Counted from the first letter of the stretch, positions 1 to 12,810 are shown. The stretch: DNA of 64,000 nt from Octopus bimaculoides (GCF_001194135.2 NC_068984.1:17493256-17557255), one strand, 5' to 3'. Made by a program: numbers and translations. Notes: generated by a model from the letters alone, not told the origin.

Positions 1-335
1 GAGTGCCAACAACAAAATTATACAAAAATGTCTGTCTTCCTACATAAATTAAAACCTTCCATCATAATTTTATGTAAGAAGCTATGTTCCAAACACCAGC
101 TTAATAATAAAAATTTCTGCTTTTTTTATTAAATCCTTCCAGATTCCTGATTAATTTCAAAAATAATTGAAATACATAGACAGAGTATTTCATAAGAAAT
201 ATGATCATGAAGGGATTAAGCTGATGAACATTTCAGATTTGGCACCTGCAAGAATGATGATTTCAATTGAGTTAAAGGTCCCCAGTGTAATATGAAAGAT
301 AATTAAATGACATCTGTTCGTTAAGAAGTTCAGGT

Positions 336-337
336 AA

Positions 338-378
<41 letters not shown>
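336..378. repeat. (TAG)n microsatellite
   Basis: Direct reading; explains the poly-Tyr ORF 205..534. Confidence 0.95.
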
Positions 379-379
<1 letters not shown>

Positions 380-449
380 ATGGATTGGAAGGATGAAGAA
401 GAGAGGCTTTGAACTAGAATAAATGGAATTCTCTGTTTGTAATTTTCAG

Positions 450-537
450 GTGAGCGAAAGATGGGAGAATGGATTGCAAATAATGAGTGAATATTTTGGA
501 AAGAACTTAAAGTGTGTAACCTGGACAGCAGCAAAAG
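450..537 (+). CDS. Candidate internal coding exon of an unidentified host gene (VSERWENGLQIMSEYFGKNLKCVTWTAAK)
   Basis: ttttcag|G acceptor and AAG|gttagt donor; 88 nt, open only in phase 0->1; not repeat-like. Protein not recognised. Confidence 0.3.
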
Positions 538-1499
538 GTTAGTGATATAGAGTGATAGGTTCCTCTCTTTGAAAAGAATAGCATTAGAAGATTATTATTT
601 AATGCTTTTGATGCATTTCTGTAGAAATATACAGCCTTTCTTTCAATTACATTTGAAAATAATCAAAAATTTAGTAAAATACCTTTGTCATTACTAATCT
701 AATGTTCAAAACTTAAATTACTATGAGACATTGATAGAATATTTTAACTTTAATCATTTGGAAGCAAGAAGCTTGTATCATAGAAGTAGTGGTGGTCTCA
801 GGTGGATTGGTATCAAAGGTTAATAGGTAGTGACAGATAGAGTTAAAATTTGACTTGTTCAGTCAATAGATTTTAATACATCATAGAAACTATAAAAGCA
901 TTTAGAAGAATTATTTCCAAATGTGGAGAATTCTATTATTTCATCTGTTTATTTTGTTATTTGATTAGTCTATCAAATGAATTAATAGGGTTAATTCTCT
1001 TTCATTATCTATATTTCCATGTTGATATGCATTAAATGGGTATGAAAGTTTAGAAATTTAAATTTAATTTTCAAACAGCTAGCCACTTTTCTGTTGCTGA
1101 AAGCACTTTCTCATAATCTAGGATTAATCTTGTGATGACAGTTAAGACATTTATTAAACAATTTAATTATGTTAGAACAAATCAAAAGAAATATGTTACT
1201 TCATTAAACAGGAAAAGCTAGCGAAATACTTTGAAAAACAATGTGAATTAAAATGTATGAAGAACTGATCTAGTTACAGGATTTTTCTAGTTGGAGGCAA
1301 GAAAGATTCTGTCATTTGATAGAGTCACTATCTCCCAGTCATTCGTACAGAATCAATATTAAAGTAAGTTCCACCACATACTGTGCACGTGCACACATAC
1401 ATAGGTTTATATAATATCCAACCAATCATTTGATATTCGCACACGAGTTTTTCATGCGTTCATATACTAACATATTCACATAAAACCCAATACAATTCT

Positions 1500-1708
1500 A
1501 CACTCTTGCATATATATAAATATATATAATATATAAATATATAAATAATATATAATATATATATATATGTATATATATGTATACACTATATACAACTCAT
1601 TATGCATACACATAAAATACAAGCTAACACTTAGTTACATTCAACCACATTTTAACATATATAAACATTGTATTTCATATAAACAAACATAAATATGCAT
1701 ATAATATG

Positions 1709-1761
<53 letters not shown>

Positions 1762-2143
1762 GCACAGAGAAGAAAAACAAAATGGCTTCTCATTCACATG
1801 TGCCTACATATACATAAACCATAGACGTACATTAAACATTGATTCGCACATAACTGCTTAAACACATAATAAACATGTATATATACATTCAAACATTGAT
1901 ATTAGTAGAGAACAAAATTGAAAAAAATTTGTCAGCAAATATTTCCTATTGTGTTTTTTTCTTTGTAAAATGTCTGACTTTTTTGTTATATGTTGTTGAG
2001 GTGTGCCTGAAAGCACTTGAATTTGGAAAGACTGTTTTTGCATCATTGAATCAGTACAAATTAATCCTTGTTCAGATTTTCATTAATCTTCTATTCTGGA
2101 ATACATATGCCCAGTGGAAGTAAACAATCAAAACCAAATGAGG

Positions 2144-2181
<38 letters not shown>

Positions 2182-2277
2182 CATGTATATATTATATATA
2201 CATGTGTGTATATATATATATGTATATGTATATACATATATATATATATATATGTATATATATGATATATATATATA

Positions 2278-2343
<66 letters not shown>

Positions 2344-2381
2344 TGTATATACATACACACATATATATGTATATATATATG

Positions 2382-2412
<31 letters not shown>

Positions 2413-2440
2413 TATATAATATAATGTATATATATATATG
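1500..2440. repeat. (TA)n/(TG)n microsatellite blocks (about 1500-1580, 1710-1756, 2145-2440)
   Basis: Direct reading; source of the YI/CV-repeat ORFs. Confidence 0.95.
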
Positions 2441-2959
2441 TAGAGAGAGGGAAAGAGATGTAGATGCATGTGTGTACGTACGTGTATGTGTTGTGTGTGT
2501 TAATGTGTGTGTGTGCACACATGCGTAAGACAGTATGATGACCTGTTTAGAAGAATTGTCATTCCAAAATAATTCCATGATTCAAGGTAGAGAAGGATTT
2601 GTATCTGGGAAGCCAACCTCTGTATTACCATTGCATACATCTTTCTGTCTGGTCTGTTCCAACAGAATGCTTAGGGGGCAAGGCAAGAAGTGCATCCAAC
2701 CATAAAATGTAAGTTAAATGAAACATTCCAAACAGTTATTTATACATCATAACTTACTGACCATCATTGGTAACCTCTCTGGGTCAAGGATGGTTATTCA
2801 CCAGATTCATCTTCAATGGGCTTATAGGCCAGTGTGGCTATATGTGGCCCCATGTGGCTATATATAGGCTACCTGTGGCTATGTATGGCTACATATAGGC
2901 CAGTATGGGACTCATGTCACAAACAGGCAATTTCGAGTTCTGTGAGAGAATAGACTCTG

Positions 2960-3020
2960 TTTCTGATGATTAATAGTTTCATATGTTGAGAAATACCTCA
3001 AACATATTCATCAGGTAGAA
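2960..3020 (-). ncRNA. Degenerate hammerhead ribozyme motif
   Basis: Minus strand reads CTGATGA-ATATGTT(T)GAG-gtattt-CTCAACATAT-GAAA, a 10-bp stem II with one bulge; stems I and III are not intact. Confidence 0.5.
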
Positions 3021-3660
3021 GCCACATATCATAATGGACTAAAAATTGAATGAGAGAAGAAACATGAAAAGTTGAGAAGGAAGTATATAAAATAATGCAG
3101 AAGGTTAAAAAGCTGCTAAGTTGGCTAGCCACTTGTGGAGTTTAAAATCTAATGCAACACCACATGTGATTAAGTGGAAAATAACTGAAAAATCCACACC
3201 TTATGTTAATGGATCAAATAAATGTAAGCCAAATGTGACAAAAGGTGTCTCAGTATCCTTAGTCACATTTAGTGATGATTGAATATTTCTTTTATAGTAT
3301 TATATTGTGCTTAGCTGTTTATATTAAATCTTTGTATACATCTTAGCATTCATAGATTTCTATGGTAAATACATATATGCTGACTGACGGAATTAGCCGA
3401 CACCAGCCGATTGAGTGGTTTTCACTGACGAAGCATACGGAAATATCTGAAACTAGATGTCTAGTCTGAGAGATTCTCAATTCGGTCGTGGAACAGTTTC
3501 TTCCCCTGTCAGCATGTGTGTATACATTTGCGCTCTTCCTACATCACAAGGAGTATTTTACTCCTATTTCTAGTAATGTAGGTGTCTTGGCATCATTAGT
3601 CACATTTAGTGATGACTGAATTTTTCCTTTAAGATATTATATTGCACTTGGCTATATATA
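3020..3660 (+). mobile_element. Penelope-like element (PLE) 3' remnant: GIY-YIG C-terminus plus partially tandem pLTR
   Basis: About 3110-3285 translates KAAKLASHLWSLKSNATPHVIKWKITEKSTPYVNGSNKCK, matching the PLE GIY-YIG tail pattern (LSxHIWxLK..Y.IKW.I....PY.NG...C). HHR lies downstream; direct repeat at 3244 and 3581. Confidence 0.75.
3420..3471 (+). ncRNA. Type I hammerhead ribozyme (PLE-associated)
   Basis: TTTCA-CTGACGA-AGCATACGGAAATATCT-GAA-ACTAGA/TG/TCTAGT-C-TGAGA; GUC triplet; stem I TTTCA/TGAGA; weak bulged stem II. Confidence 0.7.
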
Positions 3661-5809
3661 TAGCCAATTGCATGTTTGTCTCACTGCCAAACCAGCTCTA
3701 GGACTATGCTACACACTGTCAAGGGGTTTTAAGCAGAATGATCGAGAATGTCATGGAAATGAAACTTTAATATAGTTTATGAGGGTATTTTCTGGATTAT
3801 GAATGTATGAATGTTAGAAAAGGAAGATGAGAAACTATATGTTAAATTTAGTTAGGAGAGAGAAAGTAGCAGGAGTTTTGGCAATGTATAATAGCATAAG
3901 GCTGACAAACCAAATATTCATTTCAAAGAAATGTATTGGAAATAATCTGGGTTTTCTGTCTTGCTTTCAGTGTTATTGAAAAGGAGACAAATAATTATCA
4001 TTATTAGAGTTTAATGGACAAGGGAAAAATCACGAGATTGAGAAGATTAATTCTTGGTAGAGCCTGTAGAAAGCTCAAACTGTGAAGATCAGTATAGCAA
4101 GGGTGAATAAAAGAATTGAGAAGAGGGATTTAGTGAAAGCTGTATGTTCATCAAGAGTAGTTGCAAAGACAAGTATGTAATCTACGGATGAGTTGTTGCT
4201 GTTACTGATTGTGTGGCCCTATAATCAAAGGTGTTTCAGCCGTAGTCACTATGGTTTAATGGAGGTCTGACAGCTTTTTCTAGCAGGTTAAATGACTCTC
4301 AGTGATTTAAGAGGCTTCCACTTTGGAAACGTAAGTAAACACCTATACATCTGAAAACAACATAGGAAAAACAAAGGAAAAGAAAAACAATACAAAACAA
4401 AATATGTTAATGCTTAGGGTGTTAATGATATATCTATATCTATACATATATATATATATATATGTAAAGAATAAAAAGTTTTGAATAGTACAACAGTGCA
4501 CTATAATACACAATGCTTCAAGCAAACTACAATACTCTCCTATATATANNNNNNNNNNNNNNNNNNNNNNNNNNNNNNNNNNNNNNNNNNNNNNNNNNNN
4601 NNNNNNNNNNNNNNNNNNNNNNNNNNNNNNNNNNNNNNNNNNNNNNNNNNNNNNNNNNNNNNNNNNNNNNNNNNNNNNNNNNNNNNNNNNNNNNNNNNNN
4701 NNNNNNNNNNNNNNNNNNNNNNNNNNNNNNNNNNNNNNNNNNNNNNNNNNNNNNNNNNNNNNNNNNNNNNNNNNNNNNNNNNNNNNNNNNNNNNNNNNNN
4801 NNNNNNNNNNNNNNNNNNNNNNNNNNNNNNNNNNNNNNNNNNNNNNNNNNNNNNNNNNNNNNNNNNNNNNNNNNNNNNNNNNNNNNNNNNNNNNNNNNNN
4901 NNNNNNNNNNNNNNNNNNNNNNNNNNNNNNNNNNNNNNNNNNNNNNNNNNNNNNNNNNNNNNNNNNNNNNNNNNNNNNNNNNNNNNNNNNNNNNNNNNNN
5001 NNNNNNNNNNNNNNNNNNNNNNNNNNNNNNNNNNNNNNNNNNNNNNNNNNNNNNNNNNNNNNNNNNNNNNNNNNNNNNNNNNNNNNNNNNNNNNNNNNNN
5101 NNNNNNNNNNNNNNNNNNNNNNNNNNNNNNNNNNNNNNNNNNNNNNNNNNNNNNNNNNNNNNNNNNNNNNNNNNNNNNNNNNNNNNNNNNNNNNNNNNNN
5201 NNNNNNNNNNNNNNNNNNNNNNNNNNNNNNNNNNNNNNNNNNNNNNNNNNNNNNNNNNNNNNNNNNNNNNNNNNNNNNNNNNNNNNNNNNNNNNNNNNNN
5301 NNNNNNNNNNNNNNNNNNNNNNNNNNNNNNNNNNNNNNNNNNNNNNNNNNNNNNNNNNNNNNNNNNNNNNNNNNNNNTCTGATCTTCAGCTAAATATTCT
5401 AATAAATTTGTTAATGTCTAAATAACTCACGTTAATTTTGACCATGTGAACATCAATACCACGTGAGGAAGACGTTAAGAAATTTATCGGCCAGTAAGTT
5501 CAAAATCCCTCGCCCTAATGAATTCAATTCAGTGTGCATCAGAAATAGTCCCGCATAGGAAAGAGACTCGTACGAATTCCTGCGGTTTAACTATTCACCT
5601 TAGAGTTATTATTAAAATATAGATATGCAGGGCAGGGAATCGTCAATTAGTAATAAAATTAATAATTAACAATTAACAATTTTGCCGGGTAGCTCAGTAT
5701 GAAAAAAACCTTTTTCGGTAAAAAACATTTATAATCATAAATATATAGGGATTGACAGTAACCTGCTTCTCCAACATACTGAGAATTCAGTATATCTATA
5801 TATATACAT

Positions 5810-5840
<31 letters not shown>

Positions 5841-7062
5841 CATATACATATTATACATATGGTCACAGTCAATGAGCTCTATTTCCTTCATCTTTGGTTC
5901 CTTGTTCAGCCTCTTTCATAGACACATGAGCATAAAAATTCACTTTGAAATATTGCATCTATTTATTTATAAATTCCAAGAGTTAATATTTGATTCTGAA
6001 GCAGATGAAATGGGAATCCAGCAGCATTTTCACAACAAATTTGTAACTTGCATTATTAAGTAGAGCAAACAGATATATAAATAAGAAAGACATGCTTACT
6101 GATAATCAGGAAAATGTAAGAAATGTCTTGTGAAATAGAAAGAGAGAGAGAGAGAGAGAAAGAAAGAGAGAAGGAATGATAGAAAATACACTAAGAAAAT
6201 AAGTATTAGGTAAAGAATGATAGAAATGCAGTGAGAGAAAGCAACAAAGAGAATTTTGATTAATAGAAAATCTTATTTATTCATCAAGAATTTGTTGAGT
6301 AGAAAAAGTGATGTGAGTTCTAAGATTAGTTTGTCCTTTCCTTAGGTGGACTTATCACTTAAAACAAAAATTACTGTGTTTTGCACATGATGTCATAAAA
6401 AGAAAAAAGGTATATATCAGGTGAATGCATACACTTTTCTGAACTATTGAAGTCACCTGACTGCAGTTACTGTTGCCATCACATGAGTGATATTACTGTT
6501 GTTGTCGTCACTAAACTGCAATTACAGTTGCGATCACAAGACTCATAATGCAGTTGCAGTCACAAGACTGTGTAATTACAGCAAAAGTCACAAGATAGGA
6601 TTTGAAACCTGATTGAATTGCTTCAGGCTAAAAATTTGGTGCTTCCTTATAAAGTTGTTCACAAAACTTGGTATCTTCAAAGTATGATGTGATAGAATCC
6701 AGAACTTGAGATGTTTTCGATTTCATCTCTCTAAAGAATTAACTCTTCAACTGCAACATTGAAAATAGAATTATTTTACTATTGGGATTTCAATGATTAG
6801 TATCAAACAATGCACAAAGCTGTTGATTACTTTAATATAATTAAAGAGAGCATCAAATTATTTTTGAAAAATTAATGCCTACAATATCATTGGTTTAAAA
6901 TTTCAGCACAAAACCAGCTATTTTGGGGAGCAGGTAAGTTGATTACAGCTGTCCACGTGTTCAACTGGTACTTATTTTATTGACCCTGAAAGGATCACAT
7001 GCAAAGTCAACCTTAGCAGAATTTGAACTCAGAATGTAAAGATGGATGTAATGTCTACAATA

Positions 7063-7469
7063 TTTACTCTTTTACTCTTTTACTTGTTTCAGTCATTTGA
7101 CTGTGGCCATACTGGAGCACCGCCTTTTAGTTGAGCAAACCGACCCCAGGACTTATTCTTTGTAAGCCTAGTACTTATTTTATCGGTCTCTTATGCCGAA
7201 CCTCTAAGTCATGGGGACGTAAACACACCACCATCGGTTGTCAAGCAATGTTGGTGGGGACAAACGCAGACACACAAACACACACATATATATATGCATA
7301 TATACGACGGGCTTCTTTCAGTTTCTGTCTACCAAATCCACTCACAAGGCTTTGGTTGGCCCGAGGCTATAGTAGAAGACACTTGCCCAAGGTGCCATGC
7401 AGTGGGACTGAATCCGGAACCATGTGGTTGGTAAGCAAGCCACTTACCACACAGCCACTCCTGCGCCTA
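7063..7469 (-). mobile_element. tRNA-derived SINE family A (CORE-like centre, internal TA/TG microsatellite), full length
   Basis: Minus strand head taggcgcaggagtggctgtgtggtaag...ggttcagtccc (A/B-box-like), CORE-like ccttgggcaagtgtctt, tail (AAAAGAGT)n; about 20 copies in the window. Confidence 0.9.
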
Positions 7470-8545
7470 TTATTATTACAAAATATTTATTAGCTGCTGT
7501 CATTAATTAACTCAAACAAACATATAATTAAAATGTTTCCAGTTATGACCATCCTACCTTTTTCTTTTTATTAAAACTGTACCAAATCAAGAACTTATGC
7601 AATATGTCTATTTATTTTTAAGATTGGGTGTGATTTGAGGGAGATTTGGCAGCTATTTCCAAGAAGTTGGGCTGTCATGTATTAACTCCTTCATTGGTTT
7701 ATTTTAGGATGGTGTCATAGAGTGAAAGTATGTAATCTGAAACCAAGACTATGGTATCCATTGCCATTTATAGCAATTTTAATTTTATTTACGTTGCTTA
7801 AGTTTCCCAAGAAAGGTTTAAACATCACACAATCTTTTCTTCTTCCTTTGAATCTGTGGCCTTGTGCCTTTTGAAAAACTATTATCGTTCATAATCTGAC
7901 ATCTGAGAGAAATATCCTGTTTTTATGTTAAATATATTTTCAGTTACCACAAAAGATAAATAGATGGCAAGACAGATTCAGAAATAATTGGAATCAATGA
8001 TAGGATCTGTCTTCTAAAAATGACAGTTCTTCTGAGAATTAAGTAAGTCTGCTATTTTAGATGAGGAACTGACAAAAGGTGAGAACAATCTTAAAACAAC
8101 TTCCATGATATTTTTTTCAAAGTTTCTTGTAGAAAGTGTAATTTGAAATAAATATAGCCATGATAGCTTAACTCAAAAATGAAATCAGTTCTTCTCTATA
8201 TAATTAGAGCTAAAATAATGGTGTGTGTGTGTACATATATATATATATGCATATACATAAGTACATATATATATACACATTATATATATGTGTGTGTGTA
8301 TGTTTATATGCATGTATGTGTATGTGTATANNNNNNNNNNATATATATTTAAATTATAATAAAATAAAAGGAAATGAAATACATGAAAAAAAAAATCATT
8401 TTCTGACTGTTGCAAATTGCTTGATATGTAACGGTCAATTTAGAAAATGCTAGCTTGATATGTAGCACTTAACTAAATTGATTACGAGGTTGTTGACTTG
8501 CAGTTGGCCTCCTCCAACCATAAGCAGCTACTGAAATACTGCATC

Positions 8546-8750
8546 TTTTATCATTTGCTAGTTTCATTCATTTGACTGTGTCCATGCTGGAGCACTGTCT
8601 CAAAGAAATTTTGCTCAAATGAATCAACCCCAATACTTATTGTTTGTTAAGCCTGGTACTTATTCTAATGGTCTCTTTTGCCAAACTGCCAGACTACAGG
8701 GTTGTAAACACATCAACACCACACACAGACATGAAGATACACACACACAT

Positions 8751-8841
<91 letters not shown>

Positions 8842-9005
8842 ATGGTCATTCTTCAGTTTCCGCCTACCAAATCCCACTCATAAAGCTTTGGTCAACTGAT
8901 GGCTGTAGTAGAAGACACTTGTCCAAGGTGCCATGCAGTGGGACTGAACCTGTAACCATGTGATTGGGAAGCAAGCTTCTTGCCATACAGCCATGCCTGT
9001 GCCTA
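8546..9005 (-). mobile_element. SINE family A copy with long internal (CA)n
   Basis: Colinear with 7063-7469. Confidence 0.85.
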
Positions 9006-9170
9006 TAAAATCATGTCTTTGCCCACAAACTGATTTTTAAAAGAAATGATATTGTTGCTATTATGCAAAAGTGTCGTAAGTTTAAAACGTTGCTTTTTCA
9101 GAAAACGGAAAAATAGTTCCACCCTTCCATAGCAAAACTGTTGTACTACACTTTGATAACTTTTGATATC

Positions 9171-9361
9171 TAGGCACAAGGCCTGAAAGTTTTGCAGAGT
9201 GGGCTAGTTGATTAGATCGACCCCAGTACGCAACTGGTACTTAATTTATTGACCCCCCAAAAGTCAACCTTGGTGGAATTTGAACTCAGAACGTAACGCC
9301 AGATGAAATACCGCTAAGCATTTCGCTCGGCATGCTAACGTTTCTGCCAGCTCGCCGCCTT
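9171..9361 (-). mobile_element. tRNA-derived SINE family B
   Basis: Minus strand head ggcggcgagctggcagaaacgttagc...gagttcaaattcc, centre gtcaataaattaagtaccagtt, tail ggccttgtgcctaga; more than 15 copies (also about 6893-7050, 17480-17715, 24905-25105, 35105-35310, 39700-39880). Confidence 0.85.
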
Positions 9362-9585
9362 ATACAAAAATAAATATTGAAAAAAATGCATTTGGCCAAA
9401 TTTGGACATACGACAGTTGAACATAAAAGCAATGATATGTATTTTCCTTTACTAAGTTAAACAAGTTCTTTAAATCTAGCTCAGTTCTATAAGTGAATGG
9501 AAGGTGGAATTCTGGATAGAGAATGATTTGTGGAAGCTTTGTGACTGAGAAATTGTTTCAGAAATATTTTAATCTCATCAAATTC

Positions 9586-10062
9586 TTTTATTCTTTTCTT
9601 TTATTCATTTACTTGTTTCAATCATTTGACTGTGGCCATGCTGGAGCACAGCCGTAAAGGGTTGTTTTTTTTTCAGTCAAAGAAATCAACCTTGGGGCTC
9701 ATTCCTTGTAAGCCTAGTACTTATTCTATCGGTCTCTTCAGCAAAAAAAGACCAATAGAATAAGTACGTGGACATAAACAGACCAACATCAGTTGTCAAG
9801 TGATGGTGGGGCCAAACACAGTCACAAAGACACACACATAGTATATACACGCACATAGTATACACACACACACACTCACACACACATACACACATGCACA
9901 ATGGACTTCTTTCAGTTTCTGTCTACCAAATCCTCTCACAAGGCTTTGGTCAGTGCAAGGTTATAGTAGAAGACACTTGCCCAAGGTGGCATGCAGTGGG
10001 ACTGAACCTGAACCATGAGGTTGGGAAGCAAGCTTCTTACCACAGAGCCATGCCTTGTGCCT
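9586..10062 (-). mobile_element. SINE family A copy
   Basis: Colinear with 7063-7469. Confidence 0.85.
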
Positions 10063-10131
10063 GTCTAATGAGTTTTAACACTGCTCCACATGAATCGGTT
10101 CTGCCTCAAGCACACTGGGTTTTAATGAACT

Positions 10132-10937
10132 TTAACCCTTTTGACCCCACAGGATGCCTGGGACCACTCCTGGTTCGATGATACAAACTTTCTGTTTTAG
10201 TGATTTGAATTAAAACATTTACATCAAAATTTCATGTTAATTTATGTTAATTTATTCTTTTACTTGTTTCAGTCATTTGACTGTGGCCATGCTGGAGCAC
10301 CGCCTTTAGTCGAGCAAATCGACCCCAGGACTTAGTCTTTGTAAGCCTAGTACTTATTCTATCGGTCTCTCTTGTTGAACTGCTAAGTTACGGGGATGTA
10401 AACACACCAGCATCGGTTGTCAAGTGATGTTTGGGGGACAAACACAGACACACAAACATATACACACACATACATACATATATATATATATATACATATA
10501 TACGAGTGGTTGGCATTAGGAAGGGCATCCAGCTGTAGAAACTCTGCCAGATCAGATTGGATCCTGGTGTAGCCATCTGGTTCGCCAGTCCCCAGTCAAC
10601 TCATCCAATCCATGCTAGCATGGAAAGCGGACGTTAAATGATGATGACGATGATGATGATGATGATGATGATGATGGACTTCATTCAGTTTCCGTCTACC
10701 AAATCCACTCACAAGGCTTTGGTCGGCCTGAAGCTATAGTGGAAGACACTTGCCCAAGGTGCCACGCAGTGGGAATGAACCCAGAACCACGTGGTTGGTA
10801 AGCAAGCTGCTCCTGCACCTATGTTAATTTACGTTTTGAACAACAGCTTAATAATGACAAAGTTATTTTATTTCAGTATTTTCCAAAATAACTGAAACAA
10901 AGTCTGTATATTGCAACAGAAACAGAGTAATGAAAGG
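10132..10937. mobile_element. piggyBac-like MITE (TTAA-CCCTT...AAGGG) interrupted by nested SINEs
   Basis: Left end ttaaccctttt, right end gaaaggg; related MITE pieces at about 20-218 and 11040-11229 (ending gagggttaa). Confidence 0.55.
10255..10820 (-). mobile_element. SINE family A with 11-bp TSD, carrying a nested family C fragment (10506-10676, +)
   Basis: ATGTTAATTTA at 10244-10254 and 10821-10831. Confidence 0.9.
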
Positions 10938-12369
10938 GTCTCTGCTTCACCCACTACTTTTACTCCTTCATGGCTATATTCATAATGTAATACTGCTTTG
11001 TGTTTATGTTAATTTTAAAAAGAATCAAGAAACCACAGGCATTTGTTTTTACATTTATCTCTTTACTAAACTGTTGTTTGGAATATCATTTATAAAAAGA
11101 AAAACAAACATATTCTTACATGAAGTTATGCTGATGCAGTGTTTTAATTTGAATATAAAGACTTTAAAACAGGAAATTTTTGTATCAGAATCCGTGCCGG
11201 TCCCAGGTGATTGGTATTGAGAGGGTTAAAGAACAAAGAAGACAGCTTGATATGAAAATGAAAAAGAATAAAGACAGAGAGAGAGGGGGAGGGAAGGAGA
11301 GCAAGCGAGAGTGAGAGAGAGAGAGAGAGAAAGAGAGAGAGTTCTCTTTGGCTTTCTGAAATCTTTGTATATATTTCTTGAAATCTTCCCAAATTTTATA
11401 AATGCATATTTTGTAAGAAGAGTCTTCACAGTATGAGACGAAATGAAAACATTTTACTCAAATGGCATGTTTTTAAAGTAACACACAACACTGTAATTTC
11501 TTTCTTTTGTAACTTCCTGTTCAGGTAAATTAACTGCGTATTCGTGTTCACCAAAAGGTAAGATATCTGCAGCTACTCTGATGTGGTAAGTTCCAAATAC
11601 TTGGGTCATCCTCATGTAGAAATTATGTCTTCTAGGACACTATAATTTGAGAAACTCAGTCTCTGAGGAATTTGGTCTTTAGTTTGCCTCATCATCATCA
11701 TCATCATCATCATCATCGTCGTCGTCGTCGTCGCCGTCGTCGTCACCATCACCACCACCACCACCTCCATCATCATTGTCATCATTTAAAGTCTGTTTTC
11801 CATGCTGGCATGGGTTGGATGATTTGACAGGAGCTGGTCAGCTGGGGAGCTGCCCAGGCTCCATGTCTGTTTTGGCATGGTTTCTATGGCTGGACACCCT
11901 TCCTAATGCCGACCACTTTACAGAATGTACTGGATGCTTTTTATGTGGCACTGGCATCGGTGCTTTTTGTGTGGCACTGGCACACCACAAGATTAGGAAT
12001 GCTCAGCTGAAGAAGGATGCAGGAGGACATGCCTGTGTGCAAGGACTAAAACCCCAGGCTGACAAATTCCTTGTGAGTAAATTTGACAGATGGAAACCGT
12101 GTGGAAGCCTGTCATATAAATATATGTATATATGTGTGCCTTTGTGTTTGTGTTTGTTCCTCCTCATTGCTTGACAACTGCTGTTGGTTTGTTAATATCC
12201 CTGTAACACACAGGTTTGGCAAAAGCAACTGATAGAATAAGTACCAGACTTGAAACGGAAAAAAGAGTATAGGGGCTTGATTTGTATGGCTAAACTCTTC
12301 AAGGCCATGCCCCAGCATGGCTGCAGTCTAATGACTGAAACAAGCAAAAGACAAAAGAAAAAATAAACA

Positions 12370-12542
12370 TAGGCGTAGGAGTGGTTGTGTGGTAAGTAGC
12401 TTGCTTACCGACCACATGGTTCTGGGTTCAGTCCCACTGCGTGGCACCTTGGGCAAGTGTCTCCTATAATAGCCTCGGGCCGACCAAAGCCTTGTGAGTG
12501 GATTTGGTAGACAGAAACTGAAAGAAGCCCATCGTATACATG

Positions 12543-12607
<65 letters not shown>

Positions 12608-12810
12608 TTTTGTGTCTGTGTTTGTCCCCCCAACATCGCTTGACAACCGATGCTGGTGTGTTTGTGTCCCCGTAACTTAGCGGTTCGGCAAAAGAGAGCC
12701 AATATAATAAGTACTAGGCTTACAAAGAATAAGTTGTGGGGTCGATTTGCTCGACTAAAGGCGGTGCTCCAGCATGGCCACAGTCAAATGACTGAAACAA
12801 GTAAAAGAGA
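12370..12810 (+). mobile_element. SINE family A, full length (3' half of another copy at about 12069-12360)
   Basis: taggcgtaggagtggttgtgtggtaag head through aacaagtaaaaga tail. Confidence 0.9.

Noticed and set aside
2068-2578. Many 60-140 aa ORFs rich in YI/CV/HT (also at 8.6, 15, 19.4, 23, 40-41, 45 and 63 kb)
   Set aside because: Translations of dinucleotide and tetranucleotide microsatellites, open on both strands by periodicity.
4481-5425. Long ORFs of 140-380 aa at 4.5, 34 and 40 kb
   Set aside because: They run through N gaps.
7944-8042. Segment with strong acceptor and GTAAGT donor
   Set aside because: Stops in all three frames; cannot be supported as coding, and editing-based rescue would be speculation.
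10877-10926. Open segment between ttttatttcag and gtaatg
   Set aside because: Lies inside the piggyBac-like MITE, so the splice-like signals are repeat-derived.
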